Origin: Obrimoposthia wandeli
Taxonomy: Eukaryota
Length of the DNA: 64,000 nucleotides
Direction: 5' to 3'
Assembly: GCA_977020255.1 (NCBI GenBank)
Contig: CDROCS010000715.1
Coordinates: 558,001 to 622,000, forward strand
Part shown: positions 13,309 to 27,091 of the stretch, piece by piece
Position numbering within the stretch: the stretch's first letter is position 1
Layout of the letters: each line of letters opens with the position of its first letter
Notes under the pieces: generated by a model
Database searches by the model: none
What the model was told of the DNA's origin: nothing
What the model saw: only the letters and a program-made list of their open reading frames with translations
Translations under genes and position numbers: made by a program

Positions 13309-14299
13309 TGGGAGTGTCAAACATGCAGCCCTCCAAAGGTTTTATGTATGACCTGCGATCGATTACATCTAAAGTATTAAGAAGGTCATGAAATGCTCTT
13401 GATTTTGTCGTGAATAAAACTGGACAGTTCTCATATCTGAACGAAGGCACAATACACAAACGAAGAAATTGCTGAATTACAAGATTATATCAAATGATTC
13501 GTTGTCAAAATAATTTTATAGAATTGTCAAATGAAAGTGAAAATTTAGTTCATTTTGCTCATAGCTAAGAACTGAAATCTGAACGATCAGATATGTAAGC
13601 TAAAAGAACTGGCAGAAGATTTAATGAAATGTTCAGAGATTTTTCGTCCTATGAAGAAGATTTTGCTCTATTTATGGTATAATTTTCTTATGCTACTGCA
13701 AATACAAAACATTTCATATTTATATGAAATGTTAAGAGATGAAGTAAGATTCAGTAACCTAAGCAAAGTTCAATGAAGTAGGATCTCCAAAGATATTTGC
13801 TTATCTCCCACAGGAATTTGAAAATATTTATAAAAATTCTATTGAAATTCAAACAATGTTGCTTCAACATATGTGTGTGAACAGTTTTTTCTTTAATGAA
13901 GCAACTAAAACAAACGAGATGCTTACTGCTATACATTTTTCATCGGTAGTAAAAGTGAGAACAAGCCGAAATCTTCAACCTGATATTGAGACACTTGTGT
14001 TCAAAAGGCATTGTCAGGAATCTTGCCAACATAATAATGAATGTGTAGATGAATAAATATAATTTTGGTATTATTAGTTGGTTTGTAGTCTTTGAATAAA
14101 TACAGGACATCGTTAGTAGTCACACACAATGTCATCGAGTTCAATATATGGATACTTATGACACAAAATATTCACAATGCAGACTATAAGCCCTGCTGTT
14201 GATTTTAAAATAAATGGATTTTTGATTTTTATATGCAACCCAATGAATGTTTAGACTGGCTATTACGACCCTAATTACCATTTGAGTTTGACACCCCTG
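13309..14299 (+). mobile_element. Internally deleted non-autonomous hAT element (about 1 kb)
   Basis: Right TIR reads CAGGGGTGTCAAAC on the minus strand (ends 14299), with a degenerate left TIR tgggagtgtcaaac at 13309. Flanks aactacaa / atctaaaa match 6/8 as a TSD. The interior encodes hAT dimerisation-domain MFASTYVCEQFFSLMK and LQPDIETLV. Confidence 0.75.
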
Positions 14300-17200
14300 A
14301 TCTAAAAGAATCATTTTTCACTATTAGTTGTGGTTTCTATGAATTAAAGAGATATAATCTTAAACTGTGATTTTGTAAATGTTCACACAAATTTTATTCC
14401 AATCACAGCTAATATTTTTACACAATTCAACATCTTTTTGATATTAACAATTCAAAACTCTAGATTCCCTCATTTTGATTCATATGGTCCTTGGTTAAAA
14501 AGAGTAATCGGTAAAAGAGTATATATACATATATATCGTCGTTCTGAATTTTCTGTTGTATGTAACAATTCAAATGAAATATTAACTTTATTTAAATAGA
14601 ATAAAATCGCTCCTCCAGATAGTTTATTTTCAGAAATAATTGATTGTGAAAAAGGCGAATGTTTAGTGGTAAGTTTATAAAGCAACACCCTTCAGCACAA
14701 ACTAGGTTGGATTGGAAAAAATCGTTTTTATTCATTTTGTCAGTGCTTTTGCAAAAGATTAGGAGAATATAGTGAATTTTTCTTTACAGAGGATTTAACA
14801 GATCTCAATGTAAAGTAAGCCAAGGAATCTTTTTATGTATTTCATATGTTAACAAATTATTGCATTAAACAAGTATGAAGCTATGGCAAATGATGACTGT
14901 GTAAGAATGATTGGTAGACAATTATACAAAACACGTAAACGTTTCTCAACGGCCATACTAAGGTGGGTATGCCAGAAATCGTCTCCTCCCTAAAGCCAAG
15001 CTCCGGCTGGTTGCCGTAGTACTTTCTTTAGCAAAGTGGATAAATATGGGAATTGCTGCGATTTATTACAGGAATTAGCCGTTGACACCCCGAAATCCCG
15101 GGACACTCTAGTTATGATGGTGATCAATGGTGTAAAAACTGGCGACTTACACCTCGTCATGGGTTCGAACTGACGATTAACTGCCATTTATAATTAGACG
15201 TGCTTATGGTGAAAAGGTCAACAATGCTGCTAGAACCTTCTTTCTTGAAGACGAAAGTGGTGTGTTTGTGGTTTGGTGTGGAATGTTGGTCTAATAAAGA
15301 CCGGTCACCTTGGTGACTTTTCCCAACAAAAAATAGCAAATAACGCAATAAGTTATTATTTTAAAATTAAAGCATCAATTTTAGCACTGTTTCATTTAAA
15401 TGCCCATGTTAATATACACAATAGAAAAACCATCAAAATTCCCATCAATTACGTAACCTCTCCAGTTGACGAATTACCTGGCTCGACATGTAAGAGGCAG
15501 CAAATAATATATAATAAAGCAAAATCAAACTAACAAATGCTACTTTTTGTTCTACTTCACAAAAAATCAAAAAATAATTTCTTCAACAAGATTGAGTCTT
15601 TTTCCTACTAATACTTGAAATGTAGAATTTGCATCTACTTAATAGAAGGAATGAGTGGTATCAATTTATCAATGAATTGTGTGGGACCATTTATTTGTAA
15701 AGTAAATAATCACATTTCTTCTTTAAGTTCTCAAGATCTTTTTAATTGAATAAAAAAGTCTGGTAACAATTCCTGTTCTGTAACAATTAGGCATAGAATA
15801 AAAATGTTAATTCAATCAATTTTCAACGTGAATTGGATTTTATTTTGTAATCACTTAACGTCTTAGAAACGCAATTGGTTAGTACGTCTGCATAGATTTC
15901 GTACTTTGGAATTTCCAGAACTGTGTATCAGCAAAGACGCATATAATCTACCCAGGAGTCTTATTGAGTGTGTCATAACATTGATTGATCTTCATCACAA
16001 TTTATTTATAATGTTCACAGAAGTGATTTTTGATGGCGTCTTATTACTGGTCTAGTTTTACTTTACAAGTTGGCTAACGTAATTATTGCTTTCTTAATCC
16101 TGCTTAATTCATTGCTATCCTAGAAGAGAGAAGAACCTGAGTGATGACTTGGAAATGACAAGAATAAAGATTAGTTTTTTCCGTGTGCCGGAAATTTAGA
16201 AATACTGGTTTTATGTGATGAAGATAGATAAAATCTTTATTAGATAATTATATTGGCAAATATTTTGATACATAAAAAAATTTAGATTATGTTAAGTTCT
16301 CATTAATTTTTCTTTCGATTTATATTCCAATTTATCTGTTCAGTATTTAAATTAATTCTTTCATCCATGTATTCGTAGACATATAAGGCTGGAAGCAAGT
16401 AAGAGCTCCAAACTTGAACACATAAAATATCTATTAGATTAGATTATTAATTTGATTAAGTCCAATTTGAAAATCAACATCAAAGAAATTGAAACTTTAT
16501 TTGTACATTTATTTTTACATAATATTTCAATAGCCTCATTTAGTTTTTGATGTAAATAGATCGGCACATTTATTCTTTTCAATGTGTTTTAAATTATTAT
16601 TATGATATGAATATTCTTTTTTTTTTATTAACTTTTATAGTTAAAACATTTTTTATATACTTTTAGAATTTTAGCAGTGTTCATTTTTAGTTGATTTGCG
16701 TCACTTTGTATGCTGTAAAAAGTTTCAAAACTTAAACTGAAAACTTTTATTTTTTAACATTTTTTAATCGGTTTTATAAAACTTGTATGATAATTTGAAA
16801 TTTGGAGACTAAGTATTCTTATTTTTTCATTTATGTTCAATGATTAAGATTTTTTGACTTTTTCACTGTAGGTTCTGTCTATTATGAAATAAAATAATAC
16901 AAAAGCTTCATGAAAAGTACATTTAATTCAATGTTAGCCAATTCAAATTTTCTTCTTTAAATATTTTTTTGTAAATTTTCCATAAACTTTCAAAAAAAAT
17001 TATTTGAACTAAATACATATTTTAAAAAATTTACAATGACTATAAACAATAAAAAGTATATCAAATTAATTTTATGTTACATTATATAAATAAACGTTTC
17101 AAGAATTTAATTTTTTGTAATTAAAAATGATCTAAATTTATGTAACTTAAATATAAAACTAATTGATTTATACTTTTGGTTGTGTAACAATTTATGAAAT

Positions 17201-17553
17201 AAAAATAAATGAAAAAGTTCAACTAAACAGATATTTGATAAAATAGCCAAATAAATTTTGATGATAATTTTGGTCAATTCGATCTGCTATAAGATTGATT
17301 TAAAGAATTTATGTAAAATATCAAGTTTTTTAATGTAACTTAATATATTAACTTGTTTTTCTTGTTAAATATTTCAATAATATTAAAATTGATTTTACAT
17401 TATTTTAATTTTAGGGTTTGAAAAGTAAAATATGTTATATCAGCTTACAAATCTGTAACTTTAAGTTGTTAATTGTAGCAATAATTTTTAAATAAGAAAG
17501 TCTTTATGGGTCACATGAATTCTTAAATATTATTATATTTTCTTACTCCCCAG

Positions 17554-17937
17554 GATAACTATTGTAAAGCTTATATGACAATACCCGGAAAACAAGGCCT
17601 GATTCTTCGATTTAGATATTTGGATTGTTAGTTTGATATTATTGCAATTTCTTCTCAAAATGAATGAACTTGGAATTTCAGTTTCAAGAAGTTTATTCAA
17701 ATATGGAAGTAACTATAAAACTAAGTATTATTGAATGAATATGAGCAATATATTTTCCATACAAATCATAATATTTGATTTTTTCCGTATCTAAACCGAG
17801 AAAATTTTAATTGAACCGTTTTTCTTTTATACTTAAATTGTAAATAATCTTCACTGCTGTGTTCATAATTTCGTTTTGTCTATTTAGATCAATTTGAGGT
17901 AGATTGCGCAATAATAAATTATGATAATCTAGTCTAA
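17554..17937 (+). pseudogene. Two spliced CUB-like exons in the spacer of the inverted repeat
   Basis: Exon 17554-17626 (cag|...|gttagt) encodes DNYCKAYMTIPGKQGLILRFRYLD. It joins in phase 1 to the exon at 17888, YQFEVDCAIINYDNLV*, followed by NGDSS in a shifted frame. Confidence 0.45.
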
Positions 17938-18433
17938 TGGTGATTCCAGTGTGAACTTTATTTTGCTTAGTATTTGTTTGACAGATTTTTTTATCTACGT
18001 TTCAGACTGTAATGGATTAATGGAAATTTGCGTGTTTCTTTCATTTGGAACAGAATAAAAAATACTTTGATGAAAAGGATATTAATTTAAACACATCGAA
18101 AGAATTTATGTCAAATTATGTATTAAATAGAAAAAATATATTTTGATTCAAATTTGTTGAGCCACATTTTATAGGAAAATTATTTCATTTCAGAAATACT
18201 ATTAAAGACTTTATTAAAATAAATTAATGTATAATTCAAATATTTAATATTTAATTTCCAAAGCTGTTGCATAACTATTTAAGTTGGTCAGGAGATTGAA
18301 GACAGCATAATATTTACTGACTGTAAAATAATCTAGTTGCACAAATGCGCTAAATTGAGAAATGTACCTTAAAAATCTGTGCCAGACGTTTTTGAATTTC
18401 TACAAAACAAGTATATATATAAATATATTTAAT

Positions 18434-21400
18434 TAACGTTTTGAAAATAATTTGAATTCACTGAAAATTTCATTTAATTTAGAAGCTTAAATATATTTTC
18501 ATTGTTAATTCTATATTTTCATAAGTATTTATTTAAAGCAGCCATCCTCAATGACCGCGGATCGATGTGGTCTGCAAGATAATTGTTTGATTTGTTAAAT
18601 AAAAATATTATTTTGACATTTTCTAACCCAGAAATAAACCTGTCTTGAATTTTATTTTTTAAGCTAAATTGACTTTTGCAAATATATGATCAAACAATGG
18701 AATTTTTTTAAAAAAATTTCGGGAATTAAAAAATATCAATGGACACAAAAACGTTAAAAAGTACTACAAAAAATCATCTATCAGGTCAGTTGAGTATTGA
18801 AATTGTATAAACGATTTTTAGAAAAATTATAAATGCAAAAAAAAATCGGAAGACACAGAAACTTCTGAAATTATTAGAAAGTGGTTAACTTTTTCATAAT
18901 ACAATACTCAAAATTCACAACTTTGATAAATAGGGAAACAAAAACTGTATTTAAGAAATACATTGTTTAAAGGTCTTTTGAAACAAAATGTAAAAACGAA
19001 TTGAAAAATATATAAGTTGGATACGTCAAAATTTGAACTAAATAGTCAGCAAAATATGTTTTTCAATCAGCTTATATTGTCAAAGAAGCTATTATGTTGT
19101 GTTGCTTATAGCAAAGAAGAGAAATTGATGAACGAATGTATGGAAGCCGTTATAAAAGATATTAGTAAAGTGAGTTCAAGCATAAGTCTGTCGCATCAAA
19201 CAGTATAGCGTCACATCAAAGATTTTTCAGATGACATGAAAGGGGTATTACGAGATCGGAGTAAGGAATTCAAAGTGTAATCTTTAGCTTTTAGTGAAAA
19301 CACATATATTTCTGACAGTTCACAATTTACTGTATTTATGTGACTCAAATAATAATCACTTTTTTTAAGCTTGAAAATTATTTTTTAAATGTTTAACTGT
19401 TAAAAATTTGTAAATCGAAACGCTTTCAGGTTTAGCAAATTATGCAGATCAGGCTATGGTCGGTAAGACAAAGAAGGGATAAAGTGTATTATGAATGAGG
19501 TGGAGACAAAAACATCGACGTCAGTAACGGGCTTGTACAATTAACAAATTCTCAAGTTTTTATCTATGAACCATATTATGAATTTGCTCATAAAAATGTA
19601 AATTACATTCGATCGCATTCGCTCTGACATCGCACGGCCAAGGCCTATCTAAGCGAATTATGTACCGAATATGATGATATTGTGTTTTTCACCAATGTAA
19701 GATGGATCAGTCGTATACAATACTTAAAACAATTTTCAGAGTTAGAGGATTGGGAGAAATTGGAATTTTTATGATTTAAATTATCTGACTTTTTTTTCTG
19801 ACATTTTTTAAGTAGAAACTGAAACAATTTTCCATCTAAATAAGGCGTAGCAAGGATAGAATAATTTGATTGCCGAAGCTTGTGATCACATCAAAACATT
19901 CTAAATGAAACTGATATTACTTGAGCGTCAACTTTCAAAGGACATAGCTCAACATTTTCAATTGGTCAATGATTTCAAAAATAGTCATTATAGGAATTCT
20001 ACAAAATATGCGGATGAAATAAAACATCTTGCTGTCATTCACCCACCATTTCTCAGAACTCTTAAAATATATACAGTTTTTAAGATATTTTGTTCATCAT
20101 TGCACTGCAAACTCTGCAAATGGAGCCAACTGAATTACATTACAACAACAATTACGAAGAATTAATAAAAGTATGACAAACTAAAGTAAAGCTTGTATGC
20201 ATATACTTGGAAAGCCTTTCTTATTTCTTCAATTTAAAACTTTGATTAACCAGTCTTCTTTTATTGTCATTTCTTCTTAAGTTAGTTACACTTGGAATTT
20301 CAATTTAAAGATGTTTATACAGACATATTTGTGACTTTGAAACTAAACAAATTTGAATGTATGCGAGCATTTATCGACAAACAATGTAGTTAAATATATA
20401 TAGTTCTTGGACACTTCTTATTTTATACAATATTTGAAAATAATTCTTAATGCTTTGTTTATATTTATTTGTAATATATTTAGATAAATATTTGGAAGGT
20501 TGTACGATATTGAGTTGCATAAATCTAACCTAGAGATGAAAAAAGCATTCATGAACATGATGGTAGTTTCTTTTAATAAGATTATATAATTGTATTTACT
20601 ATTTCAAAGTTACAGTTTTTAACAAAATTTTCAGTTTATTCAATTGTAGTGAAACTTATTTTATTTAAAATTTTGTTGTAAAACTAATTTCAAATTATTC
20701 AAAATAAATTTAGAAAATGGTTATAAGCCTATCTGAGTGATTTTCTACTAAATGAATTCTATTGGATAGGAACGTGTTTTACTGGAATATTATATAAACA
20801 GTGTTATTTACTATTTACCATTTTCAAATAACCATAAAGGAAAATAAGGAAATTGCCAACCGAGAAGCATTGTATAGAATGCAATCATGGACTCCATTTC
20901 TTATTTATGTCGTGGTAGGCACCTTCTATTTTTTGCTACATTGACCACGTTCAGATGGGTCTGAGTCTCATCATATTGGGATGCAGTGTAAGTTGGTTTT
21001 ATTAAACTTTAAACGAATCAATTAAATACAGAAAACTATAGTTTAATATAAGTCCGAAATATTAGCACGCAATATAAACTAATAATCTTCGAAATTAAAA
21101 GCCTTTACTATACAATCCATATTTTTTCATTTCTACATAGTAATCAGTAATAAATATATATCTTTTATTAGTTTACATGTACTATTAAAAATCATTCCTG
21201 TATATGTGAAACTTGTATCTTACCAAATATTTTTTCTTCAACAATTTTATTAATTGTTAATCAAGCATTTTCTATTACTTAATTTTGTATATTCGATACG
21301 TTTTCATCAGTCAAATATGTTCGAGATTGCGTAACCCTTTTTGCATCCGCGAAACTTGTATATTGGCTATTAAAATGCTTTTAAACAGTTGTTACTGATG

Positions 21401-24400
21401 ATGCTTCATCTCCCGATGAAATTTGTAGCAAATCATAAATATATGAAAGTTGAAATATATTTTCCTTCAAGGTATAAATCAAACATCGGTAATATTTCTT
21501 TTTAATTCCAAACGTCCTTCAAACAAAACAGTTATTAAATATAAATAAAGATAAGTACTTTTCAATTTACCTACAAAGCTGTTATTTCAGATACAGTATT
21601 GCTAAGCTTATTTTAAAATGCAAAATGGCTTTGTCAGATATAGCTTATTAAAATATTAAATAGGTTTTTTCATACCTTTTTACTGATCTAAGTACATTAA
21701 ACTTTTAGATTATTTTAAATATTTCGAGTAATGATTTAAAATATTAGTTAATGTATTTAGAATACGTTATTAATGCTCTTTATAAAATATCTAAGACTAC
21801 AAGCGACAGAATAATAAAAACGACAAATCTACTGATATAAACTGGAATAAATTATGCTATCAAACAAAACCTTGTTATAATAATATGGAGCTGCTTAATC
21901 AAGAACTTTGGTTATTTTTTTGTGTAAAAGAAGCAATAAAAAAATTGTTTATCAAATTAAATGCTTTAAAAATGTTGACAAAATAAATATGGGGATATTT
22001 TGATGAATCTAAAAATTATACAATTTATTTCATAAAACGGAAATTATATACAATGAAATCAATAAATACTAAGCCATAAATCATATATCTATATAAAGCT
22101 GATAAGAGTATTTTAGAAGAGAAATACCAATTTTCTCTGAGGAGATTATTGGAAATCTAATCTCCAGTCATTTTATTCACAAATCTAATTAAAATTATCG
22201 AAACATCTGAGAAATTCTTACACAAAACTAAATTGAAGAAAAGAACAGATGTTCCTATTTTATCGAAATATTAATCTATGGATCTGTTTATTTAGCGTCT
22301 GTTATTTAATAATAGATTATTTTCTATATAGTATTTTAAAAAGGATGTAGATTATATCAATTACTTATGATTTTTTTAAATTAGTTAAATATATCTGTAT
22401 TAAAACAGTATATACCCATAGATAAAACAATAACATAAATTAAAGTAGGGTAATTTAAAATATTTTAATACACAGCAAAGTATTAATAATTTTTTAAAAT
22501 TATATAGTATCAGTACAGTGCCTCCCAAATATATATATATATCTACATTGTTACATTAAACGTTTTAAAGAAATTATTTCATAACTTAAAATTTAAAATA
22601 ATTATAAATTGAATAGAGTAATACAATTTATTGACATTTTGTTTAAGTCTATCAATTATGATATTAATATATTGTAAAGTTAAAATTGCATTAAAACAAT
22701 ATCATTTATAAATTTACTAAACTTTCCTAAATTTTAACTACATTGAAACAAGTAGCATGAATTACAAAGTTTGTTAAACAATATAAATTTTAATGAAAAT
22801 AATACTGCTTAAATAGCTTTACCTTTCTATGTTCTATTACATGAATAATTATAATTATCGGTACGTTAATAGCCATATTCAAGAATGTTCCTTACCTTTA
22901 GGGATCACAAACTGAAATTATTTCCTTAGCAAAGAGTTCTTTAGCTTTTTCTATTAGTTCAATTATAAATAAAATTTGCATTTTCTTAGCTAATAAAAAT
23001 AAAAGGACAAAATATTTTAAATATTTTATTTAAGTTTACACATTTTAAATTTTCAACAAAAATTGAAATACTAATATGATTCATGGAAAATTAAACATCA
23101 AATTTCAACAAACAAAAAGAAAATCCAAAATATTAACAACCATAAACTAAATTCAAGAATAAAATTATATTAAAATAGAAATTTCAAAACCTAAAAAATC
23201 AGATTAGGAAGAAAATAAATGTCAAGAAGTATAAAAAATTGGAAACAAACATAATTAAATTGTTTTGATGAACATGTAAAGAAATCTGCTCAAAACGTTG
23301 ATCACATTGACAAAATTTTAATAATTTCATTTTGTTTTTGAAATTTGTGTTAGGATATTCAGTTGTTTTCAAATATATATTTATGAATCATTCAATTTTT
23401 ACGAAATTGTTATATTAAATACCATTTGTTTAAATTATATAAATGCAATGTAAACTCTAAAAATGTTTTTCTAAATGTTTTCATATTAATATAGATTAAT
23501 TATTAACTAAAGGTAAGCTTTATTTCATTGTCAAATATTAGGTTAGACAAACGTAAGTTTTCAATAAATATAAATATTTTAAATATTTATTGAACTTATC
23601 TTTAATTTTAAATTATTTTTAATTAGATATTTTAAGTAAATTATTATTTAATTATAAATTATCTTTCTTAATTTAGAACTTAGATCTTTTGATATAGTTG
23701 AAAACTAACTTTTGGCCACAGCTGTAATTTTCATATTTTCTAACATTTTTATTGATTTCGTGGAAAATATTTTCATATCAACTTTTAATAAAACTATTTG
23801 AAAGAAATTCAAATTGAAAAACGGTATTCAAGTTATTTATCAATCTCTAATTTTTTTGTGTGTAAAATAAATGTAAAACAAACCTCCATTGTATTGCCTT
23901 AATCTATTCTCTAAAAGAGTTTTTTCTAAAATACTTTTCTTAGATAAAGACAGTTTTTAATACCAAGGGTAAACAAATCCTTAACATTTTCAAATTATTC
24001 CCTGTAGGTTCATGAATACGGCCCCGAGAACCTCTGAACCGCATTCTACGTTGTTGGAAAATATCATAAAATAACTATACAAAACTCTCCAGAACGAATA
24101 TTGAAGCTAGTGGAAAGTAATGAATCATTTATGATTTAATTCGATTTTATTCTGTTTAAGTGTTAAATTTTGTTTTTCGTTTAATTTCCGTTAAAATATT
24201 TCATATGGAAATATTTTTGGCATGATTTAATTTGTGAAATGTAATATTAGTTTTTTAACAAAGTTAAACTGAACCCTATTTAAAACTGTCTTTCAATAAA
24301 CATTAACTGTCATATTATAATCACAAAGAAAATAGCAAAAATTTAATTATATTTAGAAAAATAAAAACACAATTAACTATGCAACTCTTAGCAGTCTCTT

Positions 24401-25392
24401 TTTTTATTTTTGATAACTTCATTTCATTTTTCATTTCAGAAAAGCGGAAGTCCTGGAGGATGAATCTTATAAGAAATGTTAACTTTTGTTTATCGTTGCG
24501 TGTCTCTTTTATATGATTTTTAATTGTTCTTTGATAAACTTGATACAGTCCAATAAAGTTTAACATTCAAGTTTTAATCTTAATTTACGTTTATTCTCCA
24601 CAGTAATACGAAACAATAAAAATGTATTTTCAGATAATGCTTTAATACACTGTCTAGACAAACTGTCGTGCAAGATATTTCAAAATGGTTAAGTTGCAAT
24701 TTAGAAATTTTGCGTAAGTTATATAAAAATTGAACATACTTTAAATATTTAGAATTAACAGTTAAAATTTATCAATAGTTTTAAGAAAGAAACCATAACA
24801 ATAAAATGTCAAAGTAGGAAAGTGATAAAAACATGCAACAGTCATCAAAAAATATTTATTTTAAAAGAAAATACCGTACTACTGAGATTTATACAATGCT
24901 AATGCATGCGATTATAAGACTTGATATTTTAAATTATTTACAGTTTAATATTTTAATTTAACAATTATATCGATTGCAAAACAATTTAAACAATGCGGTT
25001 TTTATTTAAATTAAGGAACATTGGTTGTGTAAGTGAATTCCAGAATTTATTTTAAGATCCTACATATTATAAAATTTTGCACACCACTTTGTGTGATACG
25101 CTAGAGCCTGGAACAGTGATGAAATATATGCAGTTTAAGAGCAACGATAACGACTGCGGATAGGTTAAGAAATTCTCGGGAAACTATAATTGTGATGGTA
25201 TATTTGAAATTTATGCTACGAATTTCGACATCAATTTACAGTACAAGAAAGTGTAACAATGTTGAAAAAAATCAAATAAACAACTGAAGACTTTACTATT
25301 TAGAAAATATGAAGAAAAATAGAAAACGTAAATCACTTTTGAGTAATAAATCATAAATTTATTAGATATTACCACTGCATGAAATATATTTT
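18434..25392 (-). repeat. Right arm of giant inverted repeat (about 6.96 kb)
   Basis: Reverse complement of 6491-13011, with an extra roughly 463-bp segment (about 21505-21967) absent from the left arm. Confidence 0.97.
18960..20170 (+). mobile_element. Decayed hAT transposase (GTF2IRD2/Spin-Buster-like), right-arm copy
   Basis: ISLSHQTV; SLAFSENTYISDSSQF (degenerate SLALDESTDISDTSQL); EYDDIVFFTNVRWISR; MKLILLERQLSKDIAQHF. Many stops and frameshifts. Confidence 0.85.
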
Positions 25393-26399
25393 AAATATAA
25401 CAACAAAATGAGGCCAAATGTATAATAACTGATTAACCAGCAAAATTTCTATTTGCCACAAATTGAGAAAAATCGTATTATTTTAGCGTATCTTTTGATG
25501 CATTGTATATCTTTTTATAATTTTATAATCGTAATTAGATTTTTATCCTGTAACAGGTTATCTTTTTAACTTTTTATATTATAAAATTAACTTATAAATA
25601 TTTCCAGAGTGGAATATTTGATCGATTAATTTTAGTACATTTTGTTATAGATATAAATTACTAACTATCAGTTTAGTTTCTAGAAAGTAGTTGAAAACTT
25701 GTTTCAATCGACGGTTGTGTGGGAATCGTCAAAATCGACACATAGCTGAAGTTAAATAGATTCTGTCAACACGATTCTCGATTTGTAATCCTCTTTTGTA
25801 GCATTCCTAAAGTAGTTTGGCTCTTTTGGCTCAAGTCTAATTATTAATGAACAAATACCATCCAGATTCCGTTGGTAAACTGTTAATACACTCGTAGCAT
25901 CAATCTGAAATGTGATATGATGTGAATATTGACTAACAATACCGGTATACAGTTTTATCAAATTTGTTGCATTGCGATATTTCTGAAATATGACTTGTGT
26001 ATTACACTGTAATTATTCCCTCGTGGAATTTAGTGTGAATAATTTATTACTTTCCCCAGTTAGTTTCAATAATTTAATTAGCAAATGATCGAATTCATGT
26101 GCCCTAGTTTTTAAACGCTGTGGAAACTAACATAAAATTAATATCAATGAACAACTTTAAAAAACGAATCTAAGACGTTTCGAACTTTTAAGAATTTGTA
26201 TCTTCTAATTTTAAGATTAATAAGATATTTTGTGTCAATTAAAATTAGTTGGAAATGGTATTCGTTCTACGAAATTTTTATAAGATTTATAAGATTTCAA
26301 TTTTATCGTGTCATTGGGTCTTACTAATCTGTATGAAACTTATAATGACTTTCGTTTATTTTTGAGATAAAATAAATGCACTTGGCTTTCTTCCTACAT

Positions 26400-26673
26400 A
26401 TCAGGTCACCTCAGAGGTATGAGTCACCTCAGAGATTCAGTCCAAGAAGAAACTGTTCGACTTCTTGATTACTTTGACACAACGTATGTAACCGGTAAAC
26501 TTCGATCCCATGTACAAGCAAATTGTTCGAACTCACATTTCACTGCATACCTTTCATATTCCTATGAGAACGATGGAACATACACGATGTCACTCTCGCA
26601 GGATAGCCCTGTACCAACAACGCTTCGGAAGGATAGAACAACAAGTTTCAATCACTTGTTAGACATAATCATC
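26400..26673 (+). mobile_element. Mutator/MULE transposase C-terminal remnant interrupted by Polinton B
   Basis: LLDYFDTTYV, then in another frame WNIHDVTLAG*PCTNNASEG*NNKFQSLVRHNH, matching the MULE motif RTNNxxEGWNNxFxxL...HP. Ends exactly at the Polinton TIR. Confidence 0.65.
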
Positions 26674-26820
26674 ATTAGGTGGATGTGTCCGGTCTAATCC
26701 ACATCCCCCTCCCCCCTGACAAAAATCGTGCATATGTGTGGAGTGAAAATTCGTGCATGTGTGTGGAGTGAAATTTCGTGTATGTGTGTGAAGGGAAAAT
26801 TCGTGCATGTGTGTAGAGGA
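26674..26820 (+). repeat. Left TIR of Polinton B with four 25-bp tandem units
   Basis: Units start at 26721, 26746, 26771 and 26796 (aaaattcgtgcatgtgtgtggagtg consensus). Confidence 0.9.
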
Positions 26821-27091
26821 AAAAATTGAAAAAGCATCGAATAGGAGGGAGCGGGGGTCCCCCCATATTTTTTATTTTACTGGGAAATTTACCACGAAAG
26901 TGGTTAGAGAAGACCACGGGAATCCATATTGGACCCGGTGGCTTATCGCAGACGAGATTTCAAATATATTGCTACTATTTTTAAGAAAGATTACTACGTG
27001 TTAAATATTTAGGTCAGAGAGAAAAATAGATCTATTTAATTTAGAGGAGAAAAACAAAATACGAGTCAAAATTAGTCTTTCAAAACATTTA

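Noticed and set aside
14850-15330. GC-richer coding-like stretch (…VFVVWCGML…) as a Tc1/mariner or piggyBac fragment
   Set aside because: Only a weak short resemblance, with no catalytic motif spacing or TIRs found.
21395-21425. CTGATGA...GAAA (and its mirror near 10100) as a hammerhead
   Set aside because: No stem II, stem III or stem I pairing.
25700-26100. Minus-strand reading resembling a cadherin repeat
   Set aside because: Lacks the LDRE and DxND motifs. The similarity is too weak.
26721-26820. 25-bp repeats as a CRISPR array
   Set aside because: Units are directly adjacent with no unique spacers, lie within a eukaryotic transposon TIR, and there are no cas genes.
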